Source of the DNA: Candidatus Woesearchaeota archaeon
GTDB taxonomy: Archaea > Nanobdellota > Nanobdellia > Woesearchaeales > GW2011-AR9
NCBI GenBank assembly: GCA_016181265.1
Contig: JACOZP010000008.1
Coordinates: forward strand, 132,583-196,582
DNA: 64,000 nucleotides
Direction of reading: 5' to 3'
The notes under the pieces: model-generated
Databases searched by the model: none
Told to the model about the DNA's origin: nothing
What the model saw: the letters and a program-made list of their open reading frames with translations, nothing else
Translations under genes and position numbers: made by a program
Shown: positions 1-9,669 of the stretch, piece after piece
Layout: the number at the start of each line of letters is the position of its first letter
Position numbering within the stretch: the first letter of the stretch is position 1

Positions 1-789
1 GTTTTTGAGATGAGCGAGAACAACATTTTTCCGCGCAGCGAGAACATTAGGAAGAGATTCATCGAAGGCATCGATCTTAATAGAATGGTTAGCGTTGTTC
101 TCTTGTCGATGAGTGGATGAGAAAGAGAGTATGTTGTAAAGGGAGAAATGTTTGATGTCCCGAAAAGCTTGTCTTAAAGCGTATAACCCTGCTTCTATAG
201 CGACTGCTCCATCTTTTACGAAGCCGACGATGATTTTTTCGTCAGGAACATAACCACTCTTCCGCACGATCCAATATGCCAAGTCTCCTTTCAATGATCC
301 TGAATGAGGAAAGAGACGATACTCGCGAGAATTTATCTCTTGACCACAAAGATCAACTCCCAGCAAGAACTCATTTCCCGAAAAATATACGATCACAACA
401 AGATCTGGTCTTTTATAATCTACAGTGAGAACGATGTTCTCAGAGTTTAATGTTGCTTGGAGAAGATCGTAAATCTTCTTGGCGATGGTTTGACGGTTAT
501 CTTGACCTTTAATATTTTCTACTTCGATTTTATATTTTTGGCCGGTGTGGAAGTAAGAAGAAACTTTTTCGGTAATCACAAATTGGTCCTGATCTTTACC
601 ATGACCGAGGAGGAGGACGAGACGACGAGGAGTTTGAGCGTGAAATAACAATTTTTCGACAGGTTCATGCTTTTCTGTAGAAAAGACAACCGCATCTCCC
701 ACGACTTCCCCTTTGATTTGTGTTAATTCAAAGAGTTCTTGTTGGGCAAGCTTGCCTAATCCGGGATTTACGAGAAGACCAAATTTCAT
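1..789 (-). CDS. THUMP-domain RNA (guanine-N2) methyltransferase-like protein, N-terminal part; ORF runs off the window start
   Basis: Manual minus-strand translation from ATG (revcomp cat 787-789): [37 protein letters not shown]...[41 protein letters not shown], open to position 1 with no stop. THUMP-like N-terminus followed by the LKPSLAAAMVRLSG-like motif of UPF0020/Trm14-type methyltransferases. Overlaps the gyrA stop by 2 nt. Confidence 0.5.
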   Translation of the reverse strand, partial: MKFGLLVNPGLGKLAQQELFELTQIKGEVVGDAVVFSTEKHEPVEKLLFHAQTPRRLVLLLGHGKDQDQFVITEKVSSYFHTGQKYKIEVENIKGQDNRQTIAKKIYDLLQATLNSENIVLTVDYKRPDLVVIVYFSGNEFLLGVDLCGQEINSREYRLFPHSGSLKGDLAYWIVRKSGYVPDEKIIVGFVKDGAVAIEAGLYALRQAFRDIKHFSLYNILSFSSTHRQENNANHSIKIDAFDESLPNVLAARKNVVLAHLKN

Positions 790-3254
790 TGTGGAGGACT
801 CTCCCCACCCTCTTCTACTTCATCAATGATAATCTTCGCTGCAGCGGCGAGCTGGTCACCTTCGCTGAGACGCATGACACGGACACCTTGTGTGGCACGC
901 CCGATCGTAGAGACCTCAGCACATTTCATCCGAATACCGATCCCTTGTTTAGAGATCAACATCAGATCTTCCGAGCCGTCAACAAGCATAACGGTTTGTA
1001 CGGGACCGTTCTTGTCGGTGATCTTGATATTGGTCACGCCTTTTCCTCCGCGATTGCAGAGGCGATATTCAGAGACGGGTGTTCTTTTCCCGTAACCATC
1101 TTCAGTGAGAGTAAGGATCTCCATATTCTCTTCAGCAGCAAGCATACCAATAACTTGATCATCTTCGTCTAAGCGGATACCGCGGACACCATGTGCGGCT
1201 CGCCCCATGGGACGAACGTCTTCTTCATTGAAACGATTTGCCTGGCCTCTTTTTGTGGCGAGGATGATCTCTTGGTCACCTTTAGTGTAACGAACATTGA
1301 CGAGAGTGTCTCCTTCATCAAGATTGATCGCGCGGATTCCTCCTTTGCGAGGATTGGCAAACTCTTCTAAGCTGGTCTTCTTGACAGTTCCTCGCTGAGT
1401 AGCCATAAATAAGTAGCCTTTATTGAAGTCGCGTACGGAAATGACTGCGGTGACCCTCTCGTTAGACTGCATTTCTAAGACATTAGCAATATGTTTCCCT
1501 TTCGATTCGCGGCTGGCCTCGGGGATGTGATACACTTTTAACCAATAGACTTGACCGTTATTCGTAAAGAAAAGAAGGTAATCGTGAGTGGAGCAAGTGA
1601 AGATCTTCTCGACAAAATCTTCTTCTTTCATACCAGCGGCACGGATGCCTTTCCCTCCGCGTTTCTGGGTGCGATAGACATCGAGAGGCATGCGTTTGAC
1701 GTAGCCAGAATTAGTGATCGTAACGACGACCTGTTCATCTTCGATCAGTTCTTCCATATCAAATTCGCCATCTTCCCCAGCAACAATACTGGAACGGCGA
1801 GCATTACCATAATTATTTTTTATCTCACGTAGTTCATCTTTGATAAGATCGAGTATTTTCTGTTCTGAATTAAGTATCTCTTGGTAGTAGATGATCTTCT
1901 GTAATAACTCGAGATGTTCATCTTTGATTTTCTCTTGCTCTAACGAAGCGATTTTCTGCAGGCGCAGGTCAAGAATGGCTTTGGCCTGCTCTTCGGTGAG
2001 AGCATAGGTGCTGGTCAAAAAAAGACGTGCGTCGTCTATTGTCCGGCTGCGCTTAATCCCTGCGATGACAGGATCTATGTTATTGAGTGCGATAAGAAGA
2101 CCTTCGAGAATATGAACCCGAGCACGTGCTTGTTGAAGATCATACTCTGTACGGCGGGTGATGACTATCTTGCGATGTTTAATATGCTCCTCCAGAAGAT
2201 CTTTTAGACCTAGAAGACGAGGTTCGTTGTTGACTAATGCCAGTAAAGTGATACCAAAAGAGATTTTGAGGCGGCTGAACTGATATAATTGGTTGATGAT
2301 AACCTGAGGGTCAACATCTCTCCGGAGTTCGATAACAACACGAATACCATCGCGGTCGGATTCATCATTGATATTACGGATGCCGATGATCCTTTTTTCA
2401 TTGACGAGATCAGCAATCTGTTGGATGAGCTCTTCTTTGTTAACTTGATAAGGGATCTCTGTAACAATAATCTTATCGTTATCTTCAACGTGGGAAACAG
2501 CTTTGATCGTGACTTTGCCTTTTCCTTTGGCGTAGGCATGAATCAACCCATTGCCGCACATCACTTCGCCGCCGGTGGGAAAATCTGGGCCAGGAACTAT
2601 TTTTGTCAACTCCTCTACGCTTGCTCCGGGATTATCGATAAGGTAGATGATGGCGTCAGCAATCTCATTGAGGTTATGGGGAGGTATATTCGTAGCCATA
2701 CCGACAGCGATCCCAGACGAACCGTTTACAAGGAGATTAGGAAGAACCGTAGGGAGAATGATCGGTTCTTTTAGAGAGCCATCAAAATTGTCCCTAAATT
2801 CAACAGTATTTTTCTCGATATCGTGCAGCATCTCTTCGGCAAGTTTGTTGAGCTTGGCCTCGGTGTACCTCATGGCAGCGGCGTTGTCACCATCGATACT
2901 ACCAAAATTGCCTTGTCCTTTGATCAAAGGGTAACGTAGAGAGAAATCCTGCGCCATCCTAACGAGAGAATCATACACGGCAGTGTCACCATGAGGGTGG
3001 TATTTACCGAGAACTTCCCCGACGATACGCGCACATTTCTTGAACGGCTTGTTATGGAACATGCCAAGATCATACATGGCATAGAGAATACGTCTGTGAA
3101 CTGGTTTAAGACCATCACGGACATCGGGCAGGGCACGGCCAACAATAACAGACATGGCATACGTAACATATGCCTCTTTCATCTCTAGTTCAATAACACG
3201 CGGGATGATCTTAGTGCTTTCTTCGGGCTTATTTTCAGGGTCGGGAGGGGTCAT
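786..3254 (-). CDS. gyrA: DNA gyrase subunit A
   Basis: 822 aa. Contains the [29 protein letters not shown] active-site region with catalytic Tyr context. The C-terminal beta-pinwheel carries the GyrA-box QKRGGKG, which argues for gyrase rather than ParC. Confidence 0.93.
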   Translation of the reverse strand: MTPPDPENKPEESTKIIPRVIELEMKEAYVTYAMSVIVGRALPDVRDGLKPVHRRILYAMYDLGMFHNKPFKKCARIVGEVLGKYHPHGDTAVYDSLVRMAQDFSLRYPLIKGQGNFGSIDGDNAAAMRYTEAKLNKLAEEMLHDIEKNTVEFRDNFDGSLKEPIILPTVLPNLLVNGSSGIAVGMATNIPPHNLNEIADAIIYLIDNPGASVEELTKIVPGPDFPTGGEVMCGNGLIHAYAKGKGKVTIKAVSHVEDNDKIIVTEIPYQVNKEELIQQIADLVNEKRIIGIRNINDESDRDGIRVVIELRRDVDPQVIINQLYQFSRLKISFGITLLALVNNEPRLLGLKDLLEEHIKHRKIVITRRTEYDLQQARARVHILEGLLIALNNIDPVIAGIKRSRTIDDARLFLTSTYALTEEQAKAILDLRLQKIASLEQEKIKDEHLELLQKIIYYQEILNSEQKILDLIKDELREIKNNYGNARRSSIVAGEDGEFDMEELIEDEQVVVTITNSGYVKRMPLDVYRTQKRGGKGIRAAGMKEEDFVEKIFTCSTHDYLLFFTNNGQVYWLKVYHIPEASRESKGKHIANVLEMQSNERVTAVISVRDFNKGYLFMATQRGTVKKTSLEEFANPRKGGIRAINLDEGDTLVNVRYTKGDQEIILATKRGQANRFNEEDVRPMGRAAHGVRGIRLDEDDQVIGMLAAEENMEILTLTEDGYGKRTPVSEYRLCNRGGKGVTNIKITDKNGPVQTVMLVDGSEDLMLISKQGIGIRMKCAEVSTIGRATQGVRVMRLSEGDQLAAAAKIIIDEVEEGGESPPQ

Positions 3255-3430
3255 TTTTTAGAGTTAGCGGAAGCGATTTTATCGACGATAAATGCTCAAG
3301 AAAAATGAGAGGTTGATGGTTTATAAAGATTGCGGTGGAGAATTATCACTTGCCTTTTCTTTGGTAGAATTCAGAAATCATCACAGCGAAGGGAATATTA
3401 AAAAATAACGGGAGAGAATGGATCCAAAAT

Positions 3431-4087
3431 TCATTCTTCTTTCTTCTCCTGCAGTTCACCCATCGCTTTCTTAATCTCGTCTTTAGCCTCTTCCGTATTC
3501 TCATTAAGCTCGATGAGGCGTTCTACTTCATCTGCCTCTTTGTTCACTTCCTCTGCCTCTTTGAGAATCTCTTGGGGAACAAGTTTAATGAATGCCTGTT
3601 TGGCTTCTTCACTAGGAAGGTCAAAATATTCGAAGAACTTTTTGTTTAGTTTTATTTTGAATGTACGGCCAAATTTCTCTTTTGTGATGAATCCCTGTTC
3701 TTCTAATAACCGCATATGATCATACGCCGCAGCACTGCGTAGTTTGATGACATCTGATTGGACGATGGGGTATCTCCAAGCGATAACGGCAAGAGTTTCC
3801 ATCAAAGGGCGTTCTAATTCTGTGCTGGAGACAATGCTGCTGACTAAAGGGATGAATTCGTCACGGACAGTCAATTTCCAACCGTTCTCTTTTTTAGTTA
3901 AGCGCAACGAATGGTCGCGTCCTTCGTATTCTTGCTGGAGCCTCAAAACAATTTCCTCGGTCTGCTCAACAGTTAGCGAGCAGAGGCTAGCGATACGTTC
4001 AGTGGTGATCTCTTTGCCGACAGCAAAGAGGACGGCTTCTACTTTCTTTTCGTTAACATCCATCTTAATGCTCCGCCATCTCTTCAC
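3431..4087 (-). CDS. scpB: Segregation and condensation protein B (ScpB)
   Basis: 218 aa. EAVLFAVGKEIT...ETLAVIAWRYPIVQSDVIKLRS matches the tandem winged-helix ScpB signature. Acidic coiled C-terminus. Confidence 0.8.
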   Translation of the reverse strand: MKRWRSIKMDVNEKKVEAVLFAVGKEITTERIASLCSLTVEQTEEIVLRLQQEYEGRDHSLRLTKKENGWKLTVRDEFIPLVSSIVSSTELERPLMETLAVIAWRYPIVQSDVIKLRSAAAYDHMRLLEEQGFITKEKFGRTFKIKLNKKFFEYFDLPSEEAKQAFIKLVPQEILKEAEEVNKEADEVERLIELNENTEEAKDEIKKAMGELQEKKEE

Positions 4088-4649
4088 GTAAGTAATAGAT
4101 TCCTTCTTTGAGATCTACTCTCTTCTCGTCGATCAATTGATCCAAGAAGTCTTCCAATTGATCGATGTTGACACCAGTTAGACGACTAAGTTGCGCTGCA
4201 GTGAAGTTCTGCGAGCCCAGAAGGACAAGAAGATAATTCTTAAGCAGGTCCTGAGTATTTTTCTGGAGATGTTCGTTCTGTAAACGCAGCTGTTTGGCAA
4301 CCATGTCCACTTGATGAAGACGAGCTTGGAGATCATTAAGCAGTGAGGAGATGTTCTGGCTGGATAATTGCATTTCACCGGGTTCTAAGATCTCGATTAA
4401 TGAGGGCATATAATCAAAGCAGAAACTGATAATGTCCGTTATGGAAGCTGTTTTTATTTCCATCTCAGCAAAGATCATCCATATTTCTTGCTTTTCCTGT
4501 TTCTGAATCTCGGCAATCTCCTCTGCAAGGACAGTATATTTAGTATCTTTTCTGAGTGTTTGGATATATTCTCTTAATGATTTCTCGACATGCTCTCGAG
4601 GTCGTCCAGCTACTTCAAGGACAGTGCGAAACGTAATGCCTTTTTCCAT
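4065..4649 (-). CDS. Hypothetical protein, possible kleisin ScpA-like partner of ScpB (C-terminal winged helix)
   Basis: 194 aa. Overlaps scpB by 23 nt (operon). C-terminal wHTH-like NFTAAQLSRLTGVNIDQLEDFLDQLIDEKRVDLKEGIYYL. The N-terminus is not clearly ScpA-like. Confidence 0.35.
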   Translation of the reverse strand: MEKGITFRTVLEVAGRPREHVEKSLREYIQTLRKDTKYTVLAEEIAEIQKQEKQEIWMIFAEMEIKTASITDIISFCFDYMPSLIEILEPGEMQLSSQNISSLLNDLQARLHQVDMVAKQLRLQNEHLQKNTQDLLKNYLLVLLGSQNFTAAQLSRLTGVNIDQLEDFLDQLIDEKRVDLKEGIYYLREEMAEH

Positions 4650-4675
4650 GTTTTTGTAATAATAGGAGATTGTTT

Positions 4676-6556
4676 TTAAGCCTTTCTGAAGGAGATGCCC
4701 AGGACAAGAAGTACAAGTGTGGAGATCAAAAAATAGGGAATGGCTTTTTGGGATTTGGCAGCGGTCGATTCGTATACGATAACACCGGAGGGAGGGAGAT
4801 GAACTGGTGGCGCGGGATTACTGGAGGAGGCTAAGGTCTCAGATGGGGGAGGATTAATGGTGGAAAGTAAGGGAGGACTAGAAGAATTTAATGTTGAGAC
4901 AGTGTTCTCAGAAGGAGGAGATAAAACATAGATCTCAGCAGTCTTCTCTTTAGGATTTTTCAGCCCTTCTTGAAGAAAACGGGCTTTCACCATATACTTT
5001 CCTTCTTTGATACCGGGATCTATCTTGAGGAGAATATCCTGCTTCTTCTCTTCGTTGCTGTCCAACAAAATAGTCTTCGCATCAGCATCTGTTTCCCAAG
5101 TATTGTTAAAACAAGAATAACATTTCCGGCCGTTATAAACATAACCAGAGAGACGATAAGAAAGTGGAGGCGAGGAGGTTGATGCTCCCTTAAGATGAGC
5201 CGTTACCCGCAAGACATCGCCAACGTGGACGGAAGAGGGAACTTCTAATGTTATGCTCGCAGCACGGCTGGTGGGGGAAGAAGTATTTGATACAGCAGTG
5301 TTGATCGTCTTACAAAGACTGCTGGAGAGGTCACTCACTGGTATTATCTTTTCAGCACGTTGAGCAAAACCTTCTACAACAACCACAATTTCGCCGGAGG
5401 AATATTTCTTATTACAATTGGAATCTAATTGGAGAGGAATGGTTAGTGTTGAAAGATGATATTTTTCAGTCAAGAGAAAAGAAGTAATCCTGCTTACTTT
5501 CTCGTTGTCTTGCTCAGCCCAGACACGGATCTCATTTTTGGACTCGTTTCCTTTGTAGATAGTAAGACGAAGAGGAAGCTGATCGCCCCACCGCGCTTTC
5601 TTATCTGAACCAAGACTGATACTTTCGATAGAAAGAGTCGAGTTAAGGGAAGAGGAAGCATAAGATCGAGCAAATATTTTCTGAACAGTATTATCGGAAA
5701 GGTCTCCATCAGTACAGGCAATATTCTCCACGGAGAAAGTTACAAGATATACTCCGGGTTCGATGGCAGGAGAATATTTTTGTTGAAGTGAGGTAGACAG
5801 AGAGCGATTAGTCCAGGGAGAATATTCTTTGATAAGCTTCCCATCGATAGTTTCGATCCTGCCTTTAACCGTGATATCACTGGAGGTATTTTCCGTGTTC
5901 TCTGCAATGACGCTGAAATTGAGATTGGTGCTATTAAAGAGGGGTTCGCCGGCGAGTGACAACTTGACGCCGCATGATTTAGATGGAGATACAACAATAG
6001 TGGTATTCAATGAAGTATTAGTGGAAATATTAAAAGAGATATTAGTGGGAATAACGCCTATTTCCCAAATGCTATTTTGCTTGCCCGGGGAACCACCTTG
6101 GGAAAGGGATTCACCCCACGTACCGTCGCTGCGGCGTTCTAAAGTTCGGTTATTTTTAGATGCCCCGAGAGAAGAGGTGTAGTTAAACTGGGAAGAACAG
6201 GTGCCATTAAGAATAATCACATCTCCATCGTTGTTAAGGGATAAAGAAAGGGGAATGATCGTCCCGTTAAACGAAGAAGTATTCTGGAAAATATCCGGTT
6301 TGCGAGCGACGATGATAAATTCCTGAGGAGGTAAAGATAGGGAAGGGAGCGGTTTCTCATCGAGGAAACAGTTAGAAAAGTTAGTTGTCTCGTTTCCATC
6401 GTTCCAAAGCTCTACCCATTCATTATACTGTCCGCCGGAAGCAGCAGAAGGATCGTAAGAGATCTCATTGATCTCGATCGCCGCGGAAACGAAAGGTAGA
6501 GAGATAATAGTAAAGAGAAAAAGAAGAAAAAAGATATAGTTTTCCCACCACCCCAT
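4676..6556 (-). CDS. Secreted/anchored surface glycoprotein with N-terminal Lamin-Tail-Domain (LTD)
   Basis: 626 aa. N-terminal signal/TM. LTD signature INEISYDPS...YNEWVELWNDGNETTNFSNCFLDE...LPPQEFIIVA. Dozens of N-x-S/T sequons. Ser/Pro-rich stalk (SSSPPLLSTINPPPSETLASSSNPAPPVHLPP) followed by a C-terminal TM helix. Confidence 0.6.
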   Translation of the reverse strand: MGWWENYIFFLLFLFTIISLPFVSAAIEINEISYDPSAASGGQYNEWVELWNDGNETTNFSNCFLDEKPLPSLSLPPQEFIIVARKPDIFQNTSSFNGTIIPLSLSLNNDGDVIILNGTCSSQFNYTSSLGASKNNRTLERRSDGTWGESLSQGGSPGKQNSIWEIGVIPTNISFNISTNTSLNTTIVVSPSKSCGVKLSLAGEPLFNSTNLNFSVIAENTENTSSDITVKGRIETIDGKLIKEYSPWTNRSLSTSLQQKYSPAIEPGVYLVTFSVENIACTDGDLSDNTVQKIFARSYASSSLNSTLSIESISLGSDKKARWGDQLPLRLTIYKGNESKNEIRVWAEQDNEKVSRITSFLLTEKYHLSTLTIPLQLDSNCNKKYSSGEIVVVVEGFAQRAEKIIPVSDLSSSLCKTINTAVSNTSSPTSRAASITLEVPSSVHVGDVLRVTAHLKGASTSSPPLSYRLSGYVYNGRKCYSCFNNTWETDADAKTILLDSNEEKKQDILLKIDPGIKEGKYMVKARFLQEGLKNPKEKTAEIYVLSPPSENTVSTLNSSSPPLLSTINPPPSETLASSSNPAPPVHLPPSGVIVYESTAAKSQKAIPYFLISTLVLLVLGISFRKA

Positions 6557-6685
6557 ACGACGTTAGGCAAAGGATCCCGTTAAATAGATTGTGGGAATAC
6601 AAACTAACGTCCCGGACATAGCTTTTTTACTATTATCAAATACTAAACAAAGTTTTTAAACGTCCTTCTATTCAGTAGTGATACG

Positions 6686-7216
6686 ATGTCGTGGTTCAAT
6701 AAAAAAAAGGTACCGAGAGTTCCGTTTCCGGAAGCTCATCCTGCAGGTGCGTTACGCTTCCCTTCGATGAAGCCGGAAGAACGTATTATTGAACCATCAC
6801 GGGTGAAAGAAGCAGTAGGTTTAGAAACTCCTTCTATCACTGAAGAGACACCTTCATTACCATCGTTGCCTTCCTTCGAAGAACCAGCTACTGAAAGATT
6901 TGAAGAGCGAAGAACGATGTCCTCTTCTCAAGCGATACCACCACAAAGGCCGATGATGAGGACAACAATGCCTCCCGCTTATTCTAAGCAAGAAAGTGAG
7001 CCTTTATTTGTGAAGATTGATGTCTATCAGAGAATCTTAGGAGAGATAGATTCTATCAGAAAAGATGTTTCAGATGCATTTGAGGCATCCAAGCATTTGG
7101 AAACGTCAGAATATAATGAAGAAGAGAATTATGCCAAGCTAAAAAGAGGAATACGAGTAATTCACGACCGTCTGCTGCAAGTTGATAAGACTTTATTTAA
7201 AGCGCAAGGTGATTAG
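6686..7216 (+). CDS. Hypothetical protein (Pro/Ser-rich N-terminus; C-terminal FVKIDxY...SIRK module)
   Basis: 176 aa ORF. The C-terminal 60 aa are paralogous to the adjacent 75 aa ORF. Confidence 0.45.
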   Translation: MSWFNKKKVPRVPFPEAHPAGALRFPSMKPEERIIEPSRVKEAVGLETPSITEETPSLPSLPSFEEPATERFEERRTMSSSQAIPPQRPMMRTTMPPAYSKQESEPLFVKIDVYQRILGEIDSIRKDVSDAFEASKHLETSEYNEEENYAKLKRGIRVIHDRLLQVDKTLFKAQGD

Positions 7217-7227
7217 GAGGGATATCC

Positions 7228-7455
7228 ATGGAACGCATGCCTGTTTTTGTTAAGATTGATGAATATAATGATGTTTTAGCTGTTGTTAAGTCGATCCGTA
7301 AGAAATTAGATGAAGCGAAAGAGACACTACTCAAAGTTTCAGATTTAAAGAATGAGGAAGACCACCAATTAGAGATGTGGCAAAATAGCCTTGCTGAATT
7401 AGAGAAGAAGATGGAGTTTATCGATCACTCGTTGAATGAACCGGAACAGTTCTAG
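7228..7455 (+). CDS. Hypothetical small protein (FVKIDEY...SIRK module), paralog of the C-terminus of the preceding gene
   Basis: 75 aa. PVFVKIDEYNDVLAVVKSIRKKL aligns with PLFVKIDVYQRILGEIDSIRKDV in the upstream ORF. Confidence 0.45.
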   Translation: MERMPVFVKIDEYNDVLAVVKSIRKKLDEAKETLLKVSDLKNEEDHQLEMWQNSLAELEKKMEFIDHSLNEPEQF

Positions 7456-7461
7456 GAGAAT

Positions 7462-7968
7462 ATGAAACATAAAAAAGCCGCTAAGAGCAAGACAGCAAAA
7501 GTTCATCGAGCGAGAGCTCTAGAACATAAAGAACATGAACGAGCACATGTTGAGAAAGAACCAGAATATATGATCCAGGTCGGGGATCCAAAGATGTTAC
7601 GGAAAGACCTGTTAGAATCTTTGCGGGAAGTAATCATCTTTATGCAGGGATATGAAACGTTCCGGAAAATACAGGAAGAGAAGGTCGCATTGTTCACTAT
7701 TCTTAAATCACAGATCAAAGAGATCAATACACTAGTAGATAGTAAGTTAAAGAAGTATCTGCCGAAAGGAAAATTACGCTCATTCTCGGAAAAGCAACTT
7801 CATCACCAAGAACAGGTAGAGGAATTGCCGGCTGAAGAAGCACAGCCTTTAGAGGTAGTCCCAGTAGCGACGCGACGGACGGAAACGCAAAGAGCACCGC
7901 CAAGCGAGTTGGATGAACTGGAGAAGCAGTTGAGAGATATTGAGAACCAGCTGCAGAACATTAGATAA
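7462..7968 (+). CDS. Hypothetical protein (basic N-terminus, coiled-coil C-terminus)
   Basis: 168 aa ORF, third gene of a tightly spaced +strand trio. Confidence 0.4.
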   Translation: MKHKKAAKSKTAKVHRARALEHKEHERAHVEKEPEYMIQVGDPKMLRKDLLESLREVIIFMQGYETFRKIQEEKVALFTILKSQIKEINTLVDSKLKKYLPKGKLRSFSEKQLHHQEQVEELPAEEAQPLEVVPVATRRTETQRAPPSELDELEKQLRDIENQLQNIR

Positions 7969-7980
7969 TTTTTTCGTTAC

Positions 7981-7991
7981 TTTTATAAAAG
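7981..7991 (+). promoter_or_regulatory. TATA-box-like element (TTTTATAAAAG) upstream of a tRNA-like gene
   Basis: About 45 nt upstream of the 8031 tRNA 5' end, in an otherwise intergenic stretch. Confidence 0.4.
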
Positions 7992-8030
7992 ATAGAGGGA
8001 TTTTCGACTTGCTTCGGTAGTTTGCATGAT

Positions 8031-8195
8031 GTGGGCGTGCCGGAGTGGTCAAACGGGATAGTTCGTTTGGCGAGGGTGCTAAATGAGTCCATACTCAAGT
8101 CGTTTGAGTTATGAGGTTTCCACAAGAAATCGATGAAAAACTGTGAGCCATCTATTGGCTTAGTGCCTACGCAGGTTCAAACCCTGCCGCCCACA
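8031..8195 (+). tRNA. Probable intron-containing tRNA (class II Ser/Leu-like or intron-bearing; 165 nt precursor)
   Basis: Perfect 7 bp acceptor stem gtgggcg/cgcccac plus discriminator A. Canonical T-arm gcagg-TTCAAAC-cctgc. Ser-like D-arm ccg-GAGTGGTCAAA-cgg. About 95 nt between the D- and T-arms imply one or more introns. Confidence 0.5.
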
Positions 8196-8249
8196 CTTTT
8201 TACCAACTGTTCTCCAAACTTTTTTAAATGGATGAAGTATCTTCTTGTT

Positions 8250-9584
8250 ATGCCTATTGAAATATGTACGATTGGGGGTTATACACAGACCGGTGGAAAT
8301 AGTGTTGCGATCAAAGTTGGGGAAGAGGTAGTTATTCTCGATATGGGCTTGAGTATGGAGAATTACATCCGCTATACGGAAGATCGAGAAGATATCAGCG
8401 CCAAGTCCTATAAAGAACTATTAAAAGCAGGCGCCGTGCCAGATTATGGTTTTATCAGCGACTGGAAGGATAAAGTCTTAGCAATCGTACCAAGCCATGC
8501 TCACCTAGATCACTGTGGGGCTATACCTTTTGCGGCAAGTCTTTTTCCGAAAGTTCCGATCATCTGTACACCGTATACGATAGGAGTGCTCAAAGGAACA
8601 TTAGAAGACGATAATATTGACATTCCCAACACATTTATCGCTCTGAGTGCAAATTCTACATATAAATTATCAGAAAATATCACTCTAGAATTTGTACACG
8701 TGACACATTCAATTCCCCAGACGGTGATCGTAATTTTACACACCCCAGAAGGAAATGTGATGTATGCTAACGATTATAAGTTTGATCGAGAACCGACGTT
8801 AGGAAAAGCGCCTAATTTCGAACGTTTGGAAGAGTTAGGAAAAGAAGGGATCAAAGTGTTGATTATGGAATGTCTCTATGCAGAAGAACATCGTAAGATG
8901 CCTTCTGAGTCCGTGGCAAAACAAATGTTAAAAGAAGTGATGTTAGGAACAAACAGTCAGGGAAAGGCGATGATCGTGACGACATTCTCCTCCCATATCG
9001 CCCGCCTGAAGAGTATTATTGAGCTGGGGAAGAAACTGAATCGTAAAATTGTCTTCTTAGGAAGATCTTTAGCAAAATATATTGAAGCAGCTGAAGAGAT
9101 ACATATCGTCGAATTCAAAAAAGAAGTGCAGATCATCAGTTATCGAGATCGTATCGAGAGGACGTTACGGAAGATCATGAAAGAAGGAAAAGATAAGTAT
9201 CTGATCGTCTGTACTGGCCATCAAGGCGAACCGAAGGCAATTCTCTCGCGCATGGCCAGAGAGGAACATGGTTTCCAATTCACAGAAGGAGATATTATTA
9301 TCTTCAGCTGTTCGGTGATCCCGGTGCAATTAAATCAAGACAATAGGGAGAAGTTGGAGAGCAATCTGCATAGTAAGAATGTTCGAATCTTTAAAGATGT
9401 GCATGTTTCGGGCCACGCTGCACGAGAAGATCATCGTGAACTGCTTGAACTGATTAAGCCACAGGCAGTGATTCCGGCCCATGCCGGTGGAGAAAAAGCA
9501 AAAGAACTTGCAGACCTAGCGGTGAAGATGGGATATAAAAAAGTATTTCTGATGCAAGATGGAAAACGAGTTGTAGTGAAATAG
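8250..9584 (+). CDS. rnj: Archaeal RNase J (beta-CASP metallo-beta-lactamase-fold ribonuclease)
   Basis: MPIEICTIGGYTQTGGNSVAIKV...ILDMG resembles the aRNase J N-terminus. HAHLDH metal-binding motif present. The longer ORF (8133 start) overlaps the tRNA, so a start at 8250 (or 8232) is preferred. Confidence 0.8.
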   Translation: MPIEICTIGGYTQTGGNSVAIKVGEEVVILDMGLSMENYIRYTEDREDISAKSYKELLKAGAVPDYGFISDWKDKVLAIVPSHAHLDHCGAIPFAASLFPKVPIICTPYTIGVLKGTLEDDNIDIPNTFIALSANSTYKLSENITLEFVHVTHSIPQTVIVILHTPEGNVMYANDYKFDREPTLGKAPNFERLEELGKEGIKVLIMECLYAEEHRKMPSESVAKQMLKEVMLGTNSQGKAMIVTTFSSHIARLKSIIELGKKLNRKIVFLGRSLAKYIEAAEEIHIVEFKKEVQIISYRDRIERTLRKIMKEGKDKYLIVCTGHQGEPKAILSRMAREEHGFQFTEGDIIIFSCSVIPVQLNQDNREKLESNLHSKNVRIFKDVHVSGHAAREDHRELLELIKPQAVIPAHAGGEKAKELADLAVKMGYKKVFLMQDGKRVVVK

Positions 9585-9620
9585 AACACCTGATTTTTTA
9601 CACGAAGTCTCCACCACAAC

Positions 9621-9634
9621 AAACTTTATAAAAC
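9621..9634 (+). promoter_or_regulatory. BRE/TATA-like promoter element AAACTTTATAAAAC upstream of the PCNA gene
   Basis: About 36 nt upstream of the ATG at 9670. The same 14-mer pattern (AAACATTTATAAAAC) recurs upstream of aIF2-beta. Confidence 0.45.
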
Positions 9635-9669
9635 AATTTCGTTCTTCATGCCCGTAGGGGGTAGGAACA

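Noticed and set aside
720-3188. +strand ORFs 720-1172, 826-1095, 1551-1832, 2289-2774, 2647-2934, 2991-3188 and minus ORFs 1169-1360, 2234-2539, 2924-3169
   Set aside because: All lie inside, antisense to or out of frame with the unambiguous gyrA gene. They have no motifs and low-complexity composition, so they are treated as spurious.
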